Assembly: GCA_903879985.1 (NCBI GenBank)
Contig: CAIRNR010000007.1
Coordinates: forward strand, 216,079 to 280,078
Length of the DNA stretch: 64,000 nucleotides
Direction of reading: 5' to 3'
Source of the DNA: an uncultured candidate division WWE3 bacterium
GTDB taxonomy: Bacteria; Patescibacteriota; WWE3; UBA101185; UBA10185
Part shown: positions 29,647-38,824 of the stretch, in pieces
Layout: each line of letters starts with the position of its first letter
Numbering within the stretch: the first letter of the stretch is position 1
Made by a program: the position numbers and the translations under genes
Notes under the pieces: model-generated
The model's input: only the letters and a program-made list of their open reading frames with translations
What the model was told of the DNA's origin: nothing
The model's database searches: none

Positions 29647-30708
29647 TCAATGAGGCAGGTAATATTTAAGATTTTCAGCGGTCAATGTAACCGACTGGGA
29701 TTTTCCTTCAACAATTTCCTTTGCAACTTTACGACAAATAGATTCCAACGTTCTTCCTAAACTTCTGATTCCTGAATCATATCCAAACGGACGCACAATA
29801 CCTGGCCACAAATTTGGATCTATCAAGAGTTCTTCGTCTGTTAAACCGGCGTTTTCGCGAACCTTTGGGAAAATGTAGTCTCGAGCAATAACCATTTTTT
29901 CGTGATCAGAGTATGAAGGCATCTTTATGATTTCCATACGATCCATGAGTGCTGTTGAAATAGTACCTGTGTTGTTTGCAGAACACACAAACAAAACGTC
30001 AGACAAATCTGTTGGATAATCAACATAATAATCTCGGAAAGACTTATTTTGGTTTGGATCCAAGATTTCAAGCAAAACTGCCATGATATCCATTCTAAGT
30101 CCGGCCTCACCACTCGCTTTTTCAATTTCATCCAAAAGAATAAGTGGATTTCGTACGCCTGATGTCATCAAGCCCTTAATAATTTGTCCCGGCTCGGCCT
30201 CAGGAAACGCCTTACTTTTACCACGTAACTCAAGTGTCGAACCTAAACCTCCCATTGCAATACGGACAAATTCTCGACCCAAAGCTTCGGCCATGGAAAT
30301 AGCCAATGTTGTTTTACCAACACCTTGCAAACCTACAAAAAGTAAAATTGGTGAACGTGCGATAGCATCTTTTCCACGCTGTTTTAAAAGAATAATCGTT
30401 GAAAGGTATTCGAGAATACGTTCTTTAACATCTTCCATTCCGTAGTGGTTTTTATCAAGCAATCTTTTTGTTTCAGCCAAATCAAGGCGATCCTCAGTTT
30501 TTTTCATCCAAGGAATACTCGTAACAACTTCAATGTATCTGGAAAGCGTGTCGAACTCAGAAGCGTAATGACCAATAGTAGCCATTCTTTCAAGTCGCTG
30601 AATCATCTGAATCATACGACCTCTAAGATCTTCTGGTAATCCTGGAGTTTGATTTACGTGATCGGTGAGTGTTTTAAGTTCTTCAAATACAAATGTTTCT
30701 ACGGGCAT
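29647..30708 (-). CDS. Lon-family AAA+ ATPase module without the LON N-domain and without the S16 protease domain
   Basis: Aligns to E. coli Lon residues roughly 250-590 (IPWMKKTED...HYGMEDVKERILEYLS; Walker A GLQGVGKTT; Walker B LILLDEIEK; LMDRMEII). It ends at ...NLKYYLPH, where the protease domain would start. The next gene begins 9 nt later. Confidence 0.8.
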   Translation of the reverse strand: MPVETFVFEELKTLTDHVNQTPGLPEDLRGRMIQMIQRLERMATIGHYASEFDTLSRYIEVVTSIPWMKKTEDRLDLAETKRLLDKNHYGMEDVKERILEYLSTIILLKQRGKDAIARSPILLFVGLQGVGKTTLAISMAEALGREFVRIAMGGLGSTLELRGKSKAFPEAEPGQIIKGLMTSGVRNPLILLDEIEKASGEAGLRMDIMAVLLEILDPNQNKSFRDYYVDYPTDLSDVLFVCSANNTGTISTALMDRMEIIKMPSYSDHEKMVIARDYIFPKVRENAGLTDEELLIDPNLWPGIVRPFGYDSGIRSLGRTLESICRKVAKEIVEGKSQSVTLTAENLKYYLPH

Positions 30709-30788
30709 ATTTTAATTCTATCATCTGAGATGATCTGTCGCTAGGCAACAGACCATCCGAGATTTTAAGTTACGAGATAAGTCTAGAA

Positions 30789-32987
30789 TTATCTTCTAGG
30801 TCTAAAACCGCCTCTGTCTCCACCGCGATCGCCACTATGTCCACGTGGTGCACCACCGCGATCGTTTGTATTTTCATAGGCATCGCCCATATCAATAGCT
30901 TTTTTAGACAAACTGATTTTTCCGTCATTACCAAGACCGACAACTTTTACCTTAACGGCATCACCTGGTTTAAACCATTCGCGAACGTCTTTAACATAAG
31001 AATCGGCTATTTCACTTACGTGTAATAAACCAACGCGGCCTGGTAAAATTTCGACCAAAGCACCAAAGTCTAATAAGTCTTTTACAACACCATCGTAGGT
31101 ATCGCCAACTTCTAAATCTCTGGTTAAACCGTCAACGATTTGTAATGCTTTTTCAGCTCCTGATTTATCAACTGCTGTTATTACAACTGTTCCGTCTTCT
31201 TCAATAGAAATTTCGGCTCCGGTTGTTTCTTGGATTTCTTTAATTACTTTTCCGCCTGTACCAATGACCATTCCAATTTTAGAAGGATCAATTTTGATTC
31301 TTAACATTTTTGGAGCGTAATCAGAAACAGCTTCTTTTGGTTTACTAATTGTTTTTTCCATTGAGTCCAAAACAACCATACGACCTGTTTTAGATTGAGC
31401 AATAACTTCATTTAAAACATTCATTGGCATTCCTGGCACCTTCATATCGCATTGAATTGCTGTAACACCTTCGCGGGTTCCGGTCATCTTAAAGTCCAAG
31501 AAACCACTAAAGTCTTCTTCTCCAGCCAAATCAGTAATTACTTTGTATTTAGTAAAGTCATAATCACTAACCATTAATCCCATTGCAACACCACCAACCA
31601 TAGCTTTAATAGGTACACCTGCGTCCATAAGGGCTAAGGTTGAACCACATGTTGCGGCCATTGAAGATGATCCATTTGATGAAAGTATTTCTGATACCAA
31701 AACTACTGTATATGGAAATTCTTCTTGGTTTGGCATTACAGCTTTTAAGGCTTTTTCTGCAATCATTCCGTGACCAATTTCACGACCTTTTGGTGAACCA
31801 AATCTTCCAATTTCACCTGTTGAGAATGGAGGAAAGTTATAGTAATGCAAAAATCTTTTACTTCTTTCGCCATACATATCTTGAACTAAAAGTTCCATAG
31901 TAGGAGAACCTAATGTAGCAACTGTTAAAGCTTGTGTTTCACCTCTAAAGAACAAGGCACTTCCGTGTGTTCTTGGTAATACAGAAACTCGTGAGGATAA
32001 AGGTCTGATTTCGGTTACGGATCTTCCATCAATTCTTGTTCCGTCGTTTAATACTTTGTTTCTAATAACTGTTTTTTCGGCAGCATCAAGTGCGGCTTGC
32101 ATATCAACTTTTTTGTAAGTACCTTCAAATTTCTTGAAAAGTTCTTCGGCTAAAGCGGCTTTTGCTGCAACTCTTTTACTTTTGTCAAAACCGGTACTGA
32201 ACATTTCAGTAAGCTTGGCATCGGCAAATTCACTAACAGCTTTTGCAAGTTCTGCTGTCACAGCATGTGAGATATAAGCGTATTTTTCGTGAGTTGGATT
32301 TACTTCATTAGCGAAATCTTCAACAAGATCTAATAATGTATCCATACTATCGCGAACAAAGTTTATAGCTTCTAATAACTTTGTTTCTGGCAATACGTTC
32401 ATTCCTGCTTCGATTGCTAAAAATCTTTTTTCACGTCCAACAAAAGAAACTAACATATCCATTTCGGATTTTGTTTCTAAGTCATCAACATTTGGGCACA
32501 TTACAAGTTTTCCGTCTATTAAACCAACTCTTCCTGAAGCCATAGGGCCTTTCCAAGGAACGTTAGAAGCTGTTAAAGCAGCTGATGTAGCAACCATTGC
32601 TAAGAATTCTGGATCAGCAGTTTTATCTAAAGATAAGACCGTAGCAACAACTTGAACTTCATCTGCATAATCTTTTGGAAATAATGGTCTAATTGCATGG
32701 TCAATTGCTCTTTGAGCAATAATAGCGTCGTCTGAACCTTTTCCATCTCTTTTTACAAATCTTGAACTCTTAATTGTTCCACTGGAGTAAAGTTTTTCTT
32801 CGTAGTTAACGGTCAATGGGAAAAAATCTATATCTGGAGTAGCTTCACCTGAAACAACAGTTAACAATACAACGGTATCGCCATATGAAGCTTTAACAGC
32901 CATATTAGCGCGTGGTGCAAGTTCGCCTGTTTCCAATACCAATTTTTTACCAGCGAATTCTATCTCTTTTTTTACGATTTTATTCAT
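30789..32987 (-). CDS. pnp: Polyribonucleotide nucleotidyltransferase (PNPase)
   Basis: Two RNase PH domains, then KH and S1 domains, then an unusual RGG/RG-rich tail (RGGAPRGHSGDRGGDRGGFRPRR). Confidence 0.97.
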   Translation of the reverse strand: MNKIVKKEIEFAGKKLVLETGELAPRANMAVKASYGDTVVLLTVVSGEATPDIDFFPLTVNYEEKLYSSGTIKSSRFVKRDGKGSDDAIIAQRAIDHAIRPLFPKDYADEVQVVATVLSLDKTADPEFLAMVATSAALTASNVPWKGPMASGRVGLIDGKLVMCPNVDDLETKSEMDMLVSFVGREKRFLAIEAGMNVLPETKLLEAINFVRDSMDTLLDLVEDFANEVNPTHEKYAYISHAVTAELAKAVSEFADAKLTEMFSTGFDKSKRVAAKAALAEELFKKFEGTYKKVDMQAALDAAEKTVIRNKVLNDGTRIDGRSVTEIRPLSSRVSVLPRTHGSALFFRGETQALTVATLGSPTMELLVQDMYGERSKRFLHYYNFPPFSTGEIGRFGSPKGREIGHGMIAEKALKAVMPNQEEFPYTVVLVSEILSSNGSSSMAATCGSTLALMDAGVPIKAMVGGVAMGLMVSDYDFTKYKVITDLAGEEDFSGFLDFKMTGTREGVTAIQCDMKVPGMPMNVLNEVIAQSKTGRMVVLDSMEKTISKPKEAVSDYAPKMLRIKIDPSKIGMVIGTGGKVIKEIQETTGAEISIEEDGTVVITAVDKSGAEKALQIVDGLTRDLEVGDTYDGVVKDLLDFGALVEILPGRVGLLHVSEIADSYVKDVREWFKPGDAVKVKVVGLGNDGKISLSKKAIDMGDAYENTNDRGGAPRGHSGDRGGDRGGFRPRR

Positions 32988-33124
32988 TTTTTTATATGTT
33001 TGAGTGAAAGATTCCTTGGGGATTAAGACCTAAATTACTAAGCACCAAATGCGCAATAATTTATTTCCTAATCTTCCAAATAATCTTCTTCTCGACTAAT
33101 TAAATATTAATTACTATCAAAGAG

Positions 33125-33394
33125 TTATTTAGACAACTCTAACTTTTCAGCGACTTTAGTGTATCTATCTTCATCTTTCTTTTTAAGATAGGACAAAAGT
33201 CTTCTTCTTTTATTAACCATTTGTAATAACCCTCTTCTTGAGTGGTTATCTTTTTTATGTAACTTTAAATGGTCGGAAAGTTTAGTTATACGCTCATTCA
33301 ATATTGCGACTTGAACCTCTGGAGATCCTGTGTCGGCGTCATGCAATCTATTGCCTCTTATTATTTGTGCTTTTTTTTCTTTTTGTAGAGCCAT
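33125..33394 (-). CDS. rpsO: 30S ribosomal protein S15
   Basis: [60 protein letters not shown]. The start is taken at the internal Met (M8 of the ORF-track entry), and coordinates follow the ORF track. Confidence 0.92.
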   Translation of the reverse strand: MALQKEKKAQIIRGNRLHDADTGSPEVQVAILNERITKLSDHLKLHKKDNHSRRGLLQMVNKRRRLLSYLKKKDEDRYTKVAEKLELSK

Positions 33395-33438
33395 AATATT
33401 GCAATATTCTAGCAAATTGATTAGTAAAACGCAATGCC

Positions 33439-34086
33439 CTAAATACCCGCTTTATACATAGCACCGCCCAATAAAGCCTTAGCAGCTCTGCGGTCTAGGT
33501 TTAAACCCCAAATTCCAAAGGTATTAAGTATTAAAAGACTGAGATTTTCCTTTGAAATATCGATTAAATTTACCTTACCGTACTTTGTATTTTTATCAGT
33601 ATTATCAATGTTTACAACAGTTGCCTCTTTTAAATTAGCTTCCATATCTGAATATGTTTGTCCAAGATCCTCTAAGGTCTGAGAACCAATTACAAATATA
33701 AGGTCGAAGTCAAAACCCTTTAAACTGGATGTTATCTTTGAGAAATCAAAGTTTTTGCTCATGGGACTTAAGGTTAGGTATAAAACGTCGTTTTCAGTTG
33801 TGTATTGAACTTTTGAAGCTGGAGTATTTGAATAGTCAACGGCTACAACAAGCTCGCGTCTTCCTGTATCAGCGGTTAATTCTTCTCTTGAGATGATGTC
33901 GGGAAACTCATCCGGTGTTTTACCGGGATAAATTAAGGAAACATTCTTTTCAGCGTTTTTTAAAAGGTAGTAAAGGCCAACACCTGCAGCATATGCTTCA
34001 GGACCGGCAAGTTTTGACGGTATAACAGCTATTCTCTTGGCTGATGCTAAAAGCTCAGCAATTTGATTCTTTTCTTCTGTATTCAT
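33439..34086 (-). CDS. Degenerate DHH-family (NrnA-like) domain protein that lacks the catalytic DHH motif and the DHHA1 domain
   Basis: Collinear with B. subtilis NrnA residues roughly 10-210 ([25 protein letters not shown] vs [20 protein letters not shown]; [15 protein letters not shown] vs KAAELIYAGIVGDTG). However, DHH is replaced by DNT and DPD by GPE. The syntenic position matches nrnA downstream of the infB/rbfA cluster in other bacteria. Confidence 0.4.
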   Translation of the reverse strand: MNTEEKNQIAELLASAKRIAVIPSKLAGPEAYAAGVGLYYLLKNAEKNVSLIYPGKTPDEFPDIISREELTADTGRRELVVAVDYSNTPASKVQYTTENDVLYLTLSPMSKNFDFSKITSSLKGFDFDLIFVIGSQTLEDLGQTYSDMEANLKEATVVNIDNTDKNTKYGKVNLIDISKENLSLLILNTFGIWGLNLDRRAAKALLGGAMYKAGI

Positions 34087-34174
34087 AGTTAAATTGGGCT
34101 GAAATTGGTTTACGCCGGTATTGTACCCGAATAGCCCTATAGTGTCAAATCGCGAGGCTGCGTGACAAAAAGAA

Positions 34175-34217
34175 AAGACTCCGATGAACCAGCAGTTTTG
34201 CGGTTGATCGGAGTCTT
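34175..34217 (-). terminator. Intrinsic terminator: perfect 11-bp stem, 21-nt loop, T-run on the minus strand
   Basis: aagactccgat...atcggagtctt is followed on the minus strand by tttctttttg, immediately 3' of the 253-aa gene. Confidence 0.6.
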
Positions 34218-34226
34218 ACATAACCA

Positions 34227-34988
34227 TTACTTTGTGATCTGCATAGATCCAAAGCCCTTCAAATTCTCTGCCAAAATATAAACATCGGGCAGCATTTCAA
34301 GAAACTTATCACTATCGCCAAAAGGGGTTTCGCCAAAGGAATTATTACCATCCTTGCGAATTCCTCCAACAAATATGCGTCCATCTTCCCGACGAAAGGC
34401 CACTGTTACAATCCCAAATTCGGCGTCGTTCCAGTTTTTAAAGTTCTCTTCCCAAATGCTTTTTGCGTCATTGCGTAAGCATGCCGCAATTTCTCCCAAA
34501 CGTACCCAGACAAAAGTACAATCTGGAATTTCCTTCAGCTTTACGCTATGCAAAAGCTTACAATGTATGGATAAAGTATTTACTACCTCCGTTTTCATAG
34601 CGGGGGGCTGCCGTCGGTGCGAAATCCCTAAGCGAGATAAAAATCGCTTCCAGGTGTATTTGCTAAATAAGCCTGGAGTTTCATTCACAGCGCCAGCAAA
34701 CTCAAGCATACGAATATGCAGTTCTAATACATCGGCCACAACTGGACCTTTGACTTCTATAATATAAACCCGTTCTTGATTCAGGTTATAGTCAATGCGC
34801 CCAATTCCGAGTGCGGTATTAAACGCGTAAACCCGGGAAACTTGATTGGTATAGGGCATTATCGTTAACCCGCTTAAACGTAAACCTTTTTCTAGGATAA
34901 AATCCCTTACAGGCGATGTGGTCAACACACATTTTGTTGAACCATCATCAGAAACTAAAATCCATGACTGTGTCATGATTCTCTCCAT
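34227..34988 (-). CDS. Hypothetical cytoplasmic protein (253 aa); possible PD-(D/E)xK-like motif
   Basis: No TM helix. GC and codon usage are richer in CTG/CGC/GCG than the flanking ribosomal genes. GRIDYN...(13 aa)...YIIEVKG resembles a D...ExK nuclease core, which is speculative. It has its own terminator. Confidence 0.45.
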   Translation of the reverse strand: MERIMTQSWILVSDDGSTKCVLTTSPVRDFILEKGLRLSGLTIMPYTNQVSRVYAFNTALGIGRIDYNLNQERVYIIEVKGPVVADVLELHIRMLEFAGAVNETPGLFSKYTWKRFLSRLGISHRRQPPAMKTEVVNTLSIHCKLLHSVKLKEIPDCTFVWVRLGEIAACLRNDAKSIWEENFKNWNDAEFGIVTVAFRREDGRIFVGGIRKDGNNSFGETPFGDSDKFLEMLPDVYILAENLKGFGSMQITK

Positions 34989-35113
34989 TTTTGATCCGCC
35001 ATAACTTTGTTACGGTCGGTCTATTTTCTCACCGCGTGAGATTTGATTTCTGGATTATAGGTTAAACATAGCGAAAGTGCAAACCCATAGCATTGAGAAC
35101 TGGCAGAATTAGG

Positions 35114-35162
35114 CGCAAAAAAAGGCAGCTTGTGTTCCTGGCGGGGAAGACAAACTGCCTTT
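35114..35162 (-). terminator. Intrinsic terminator (8-bp stem aaaggcag/ctgccttt, then a T-run on the minus strand)
   Basis: Located 7 nt downstream of the stop of the 211-aa membrane-protein gene. Confidence 0.55.
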
Positions 35163-35168
35163 ACTGAC

Positions 35169-35804
35169 TTAATCTAACTGTGTATCACTTCGGGTATAAA
35201 TTTTACCATCGACTTTTAATACGAGTAATCCCTGATTATATTGCGTTTCATGATCCAGGGTTACCACAAACTGCGTATTGATGAGCGCACCTTCGATTTT
35301 GCTTTGAATAAGCTTAGTCGCATCTTTCATGTACAAATGTACGCGAGCTTCCTTAAGCAAAATTCTGATTTCACCGGATGCGGTTTTTCCATCAATCAAA
35401 GCTTTTGTAAAATCGCTAATCGCCTTGTTCAAACCACCACTCCAATGCAACTGTGTTGATACAATATGCATTTCGCAGCGGTAGTGGATATATGCACATA
35501 TTGGCTGGACAGTCATGAGCAATAAGCCAGCTACACATATGACAATAACTATGCCAAAGACAATCATCAAAAACATCTCGTACAGAGTGCCCTTATTGTC
35601 TGGCATAGTGTCAATGGTAGACCACACAAATAATCGCATAATACTGACCAACACGATCATCAGCGGAATCATGCGAATCGCGCCTGGTGTATTGAACTCG
35701 GTCCAATAAAACTTAGGAAAACTAATCATCACATACCTATCCTTCTGCCCTAACGGCATCATCATATTTTTATTGGGTTTGATAGGCCTAACGCCTCCGC
35801 CCAA
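35169..35804 (-). CDS. Hypothetical membrane protein: 2 TM helices plus a roughly 110-aa C-terminal soluble domain (bacterial PH-domain-like architecture)
   Basis: TM helices at roughly aa 40-63 and 76-110. The C-terminal domain is of unknown function. It has its own promoter, operator and terminator. Confidence 0.5.
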   Translation of the reverse strand: MGGGVRPIKPNKNMMMPLGQKDRYVMISFPKFYWTEFNTPGAIRMIPLMIVLVSIMRLFVWSTIDTMPDNKGTLYEMFLMIVFGIVIVICVAGLLLMTVQPICAYIHYRCEMHIVSTQLHWSGGLNKAISDFTKALIDGKTASGEIRILLKEARVHLYMKDATKLIQSKIEGALINTQFVVTLDHETQYNQGLLVLKVDGKIYTRSDTQLD

Positions 35805-35926
35805 TTTTTGAGTGCTTGAACCATTCGGTTTTTAAAGAGCTTTCCGCCAAAAGCCTCATACAAGCAAACTGCGCTCCATAGCGTTGTGAAACGCAAATTG
35901 CCTGTATGAATACTAAAGGGGAAATA

Positions 35927-35982
35927 TTTGTATTCCATTGGAATACAAAGGAATTATGCTCCAAATCGTGCTTTTTGTCAAC
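35927..35982 (-). promoter_or_regulatory. Sigma70-like promoter (TTGACA-18-CATAAT, minus strand) immediately followed by a 23-bp perfect palindrome (operator candidate)
   Basis: The minus strand reads ttgaca aaaaagcacgatttggag cataat, then tcc, then tttgtattccaAtggaatacaaa. The palindrome has 11-bp arms around a single central base and spans about -6 to +17. It lies about 120 nt upstream of the 211-aa gene. Confidence 0.45.
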
Positions 35983-36053
35983 CTATAGCATTTATATCTG
36001 AGGCAAACGATATTACTACTCAATATCTAGAAAATGGAAAATTATTTGGAAAC

Positions 36054-37550
36054 TTATAAAACTTCAATCCAATAACCAGCCTTAATATCATCAAACTGAG
36101 GCTTCAAGAAAACACCACACTCAACATCCTTACCTACAACGGTAACTTCGTCTTTACCACGTTTAAGGTTTCTAATAGCACCGGTATACAAAGATGTATC
36201 ACCGTCTACTAAAGTGGATGGGTCTTTATCATAAACAGAAACTCGCGTATTTGGCTTTAAAGCTCCGGCAATAACTCTACTACCTGCAACCAAATCACCG
36301 GACTGTAATTTAAATGTTTTTAAAACTTGGGCACGACCTTTAATTTTTAATTCTTCTTTTAATGCAGTGCCTTCAAGCAATTTTTCGGCATCATCGATGA
36401 GATCGTAAATTGTTTTATAACTTTTAACTGTAACCTTATTATTAAGAGCTAAATCGGCAACTGCGGTTGGTATTCTCACGTTGAAACCGATGACTACACC
36501 ACCACGGCTACTTTGAGCTAAAACAACATCGGATTCTGTAACGTCGCCTGTACCTGAGAATAAAAATTTTAATGCATATGTGGCTTCGACCGAGGATGTA
36601 ACTAAATTAGCTAGACTTCCTTTAACAGCTTCTAATGTGCCATAAGTATCAGCTTTTAAAACAACAGCAACTGTCTTTTTTGAGTTTTTGCCGATTATTT
36701 CTACTTGGTTCTCATCTACAGTCAACGAGGCAAGTTCACTACCTTCAGTAACTAATAAATCTCCAACGTGAGGTACTTGGCTAAATCCAAATATTTGAAC
36801 CGGAGTTGAAGGACCTGCTGATTTAATAGGTAAACCTTTGTCGTCTAGTAATGATTTAATTTTTGCTACATAACCACTTGCAGTTATTTTATCGCCTACG
36901 TTAAGCACGCCATTACGAACAATAACGGATACATTAACACCGCGTTTGCGATCTAAGAAAGATTCAATGATTACAGCTTCTAACTCGTTTTCGACACTTC
37001 CTTTAATGGGATTAAGATCAGCTATTAGCAAGATAGCGTCTAAAAGTTTATCAATGTTTGTTTTATTTTTTGCAGAGACTTCTATACACACAACATCGCC
37101 ACCCCAATCCTCAACCTGCACACCTTCAGATGCCAATTCTTGTTTTATTTTCTGGGCATCTGCCCCGTTAGCGTCCATTTTATTAATAGCGACTATCATA
37201 GGAACTTGTGCAGCGTGGATATGTTGAATAGCTTCTTTGGTTTGTGGCATAACGCCTTCGTCTGCAGCCACAACTAATATGCAAATATCGGCAGCTCTAC
37301 CACTTCGTGCGCGCATTTGAGTAAAAGCCGCGTGGCCTGGGGTATCGATAAATGTTACTTTTTGGTCTTTGTAGGTGATTTGGTAAGCGCCAATATGTTG
37401 GGTTATTCCACCATATTCTTTGGCTTGAACATCTGTGTGACGGATTGCGTCAAGTATGCTGGTTTTGCCATGATCGACGTGACCCATGACTGCAACAATA
37501 GGCGGACGTATCCCATCTTTAATTGTGTTTGTAATTTCATTTTTTGCCAT
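36054..37550 (-). CDS. infB: Translation initiation factor IF-2 (short form, 498 aa, no N-terminal extension)
   Basis: G-domain AVMGHVDHGKTSILD, DTPGHAAF, NKMD, followed by the beta-barrel and C-terminal domains. Confidence 0.95.
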   Translation of the reverse strand: MAKNEITNTIKDGIRPPIVAVMGHVDHGKTSILDAIRHTDVQAKEYGGITQHIGAYQITYKDQKVTFIDTPGHAAFTQMRARSGRAADICILVVAADEGVMPQTKEAIQHIHAAQVPMIVAINKMDANGADAQKIKQELASEGVQVEDWGGDVVCIEVSAKNKTNIDKLLDAILLIADLNPIKGSVENELEAVIIESFLDRKRGVNVSVIVRNGVLNVGDKITASGYVAKIKSLLDDKGLPIKSAGPSTPVQIFGFSQVPHVGDLLVTEGSELASLTVDENQVEIIGKNSKKTVAVVLKADTYGTLEAVKGSLANLVTSSVEATYALKFLFSGTGDVTESDVVLAQSSRGGVVIGFNVRIPTAVADLALNNKVTVKSYKTIYDLIDDAEKLLEGTALKEELKIKGRAQVLKTFKLQSGDLVAGSRVIAGALKPNTRVSVYDKDPSTLVDGDTSLYTGAIRNLKRGKDEVTVVGKDVECGVFLKPQFDDIKAGYWIEVL

Positions 37551-37593
37551 ATTTTAAAATGTTTAGTGCTTATCAAGTTCATATGCAAAAGCC

Positions 37594-38715
37594 TTACTGA
37601 GCTTGAGTATCTAAACTATCTTCAGCTTTTTCTTCTGTAGCTTCTTCGGATTTTGGTTTTTCTTCATGTCTAATTTCGGAATCCCAAACACCAACGATTC
37701 TTGCGTTTTCTTTAGCTTCTTCTTTTTGTGCTACTGTTTGTTCATTTCCACCGAATGCCCCGACAATTCCTTTGATATCAATCTTCCATTTGGTTAGTTT
37801 GTTAGCAAGTCTTGCGTTTTGACCTTCTTTACCAATGGCTAAACTTTGCTGTTCTTCTGGAACGGTTACAATGGCACGTTTGTTTTCTTTGTCTAATTCA
37901 ACATCGGTAACTTTTGCTGGAGAAAGTGCTGCAGCAATAAATTTTTCAGTTGATAAGTGATAAGGCAATATATCGATCTTTTCGCCGAATAATTCGGAAA
38001 TAATTGCTTGAACACGAACACCTTTTTGTCCAACGCAACTACCTACTGGATCAACTTTGTCGTCTTTTGAAAATACGGCCATTTTAGTTCTTGAACCGGC
38101 TTCACGGGCGATAGCTTCGATAACTACAACGCCTGAAGCAATTTCTGGAACTTCTTGTTCGAATAGTCTAACAACAAACTGAGGATCTGAACGGCTAACA
38201 ATTACTTCAGTTCCACGGGATGATTCTTTGATATCTTTAACCAAAACCTTTAGTCTTTGATTTATTCTATAATGTTCAGATTGAACTTGTTCGCCTGAAG
38301 GCATAACACCTTGAGTTCTAGTTTTACCTAAATCTAATGTAACAAGACCATTATCTAATCTGAAAACGTGACCAGTAACAATAGTTCCGATTTTAGCTTT
38401 AAATTCAGTGATAATAACGTCCTTTTCAGTTTCTCTAATCTTTTGCAATATAACTTGTTTGGCTGTTTGAGCTGCGATACGACCAAACCCTGCTGGTGTA
38501 ACATCGCGACCATCTCTTATAACTTTTACTTCACCTGAGTCTGGATTAAGATCAACTGATATTTCTTCTATGGCGACTTCTTCACCGTTTTCTTTTCGGT
38601 CTTTTTTGTACGCCGTAGCCAGAGCCGATTGTACCGACTCTAGAACACTACTAACAGAGATTCCCCGCTCAGTAGCAACTTGATTTATCGCTGCGCTAAA
38701 TTCTGATATTGCCAT
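37594..38715 (-). CDS. nusA: Transcription termination/antitermination factor NusA
   Basis: N-terminal domain, S1 domain, and two KH domains (VGSCVGQKGVRVQAI, AIGKEGQNARLANKLT), with an acidic tail. Confidence 0.95.
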   Translation of the reverse strand: MAISEFSAAINQVATERGISVSSVLESVQSALATAYKKDRKENGEEVAIEEISVDLNPDSGEVKVIRDGRDVTPAGFGRIAAQTAKQVILQKIRETEKDVIITEFKAKIGTIVTGHVFRLDNGLVTLDLGKTRTQGVMPSGEQVQSEHYRINQRLKVLVKDIKESSRGTEVIVSRSDPQFVVRLFEQEVPEIASGVVVIEAIAREAGSRTKMAVFSKDDKVDPVGSCVGQKGVRVQAIISELFGEKIDILPYHLSTEKFIAAALSPAKVTDVELDKENKRAIVTVPEEQQSLAIGKEGQNARLANKLTKWKIDIKGIVGAFGGNEQTVAQKEEAKENARIVGVWDSEIRHEEKPKSEEATEEKAEDSLDTQAQ

Positions 38716-38824
38716 ATTTTTCCCTTAATAACTAAAAAGGCGGGACAAGCCCACCAAATACTATGAATAAGTTATCACAATGCGGGGTTGGGGTCAACTT
38801 GGGTTTGGGATAATAATGGGTCTT

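Noticed and set aside
34087-36053. A strongly GC-shifted island, as a compositional claim
   Set aside because: By eye the two inserted genes are only moderately GC-richer than neighbours, roughly mid-40s against high-30s. infB, nusA and dnaJ nearby are also somewhat elevated, so composition alone is weak evidence. The island call rests mainly on synteny and on the autonomous signals.
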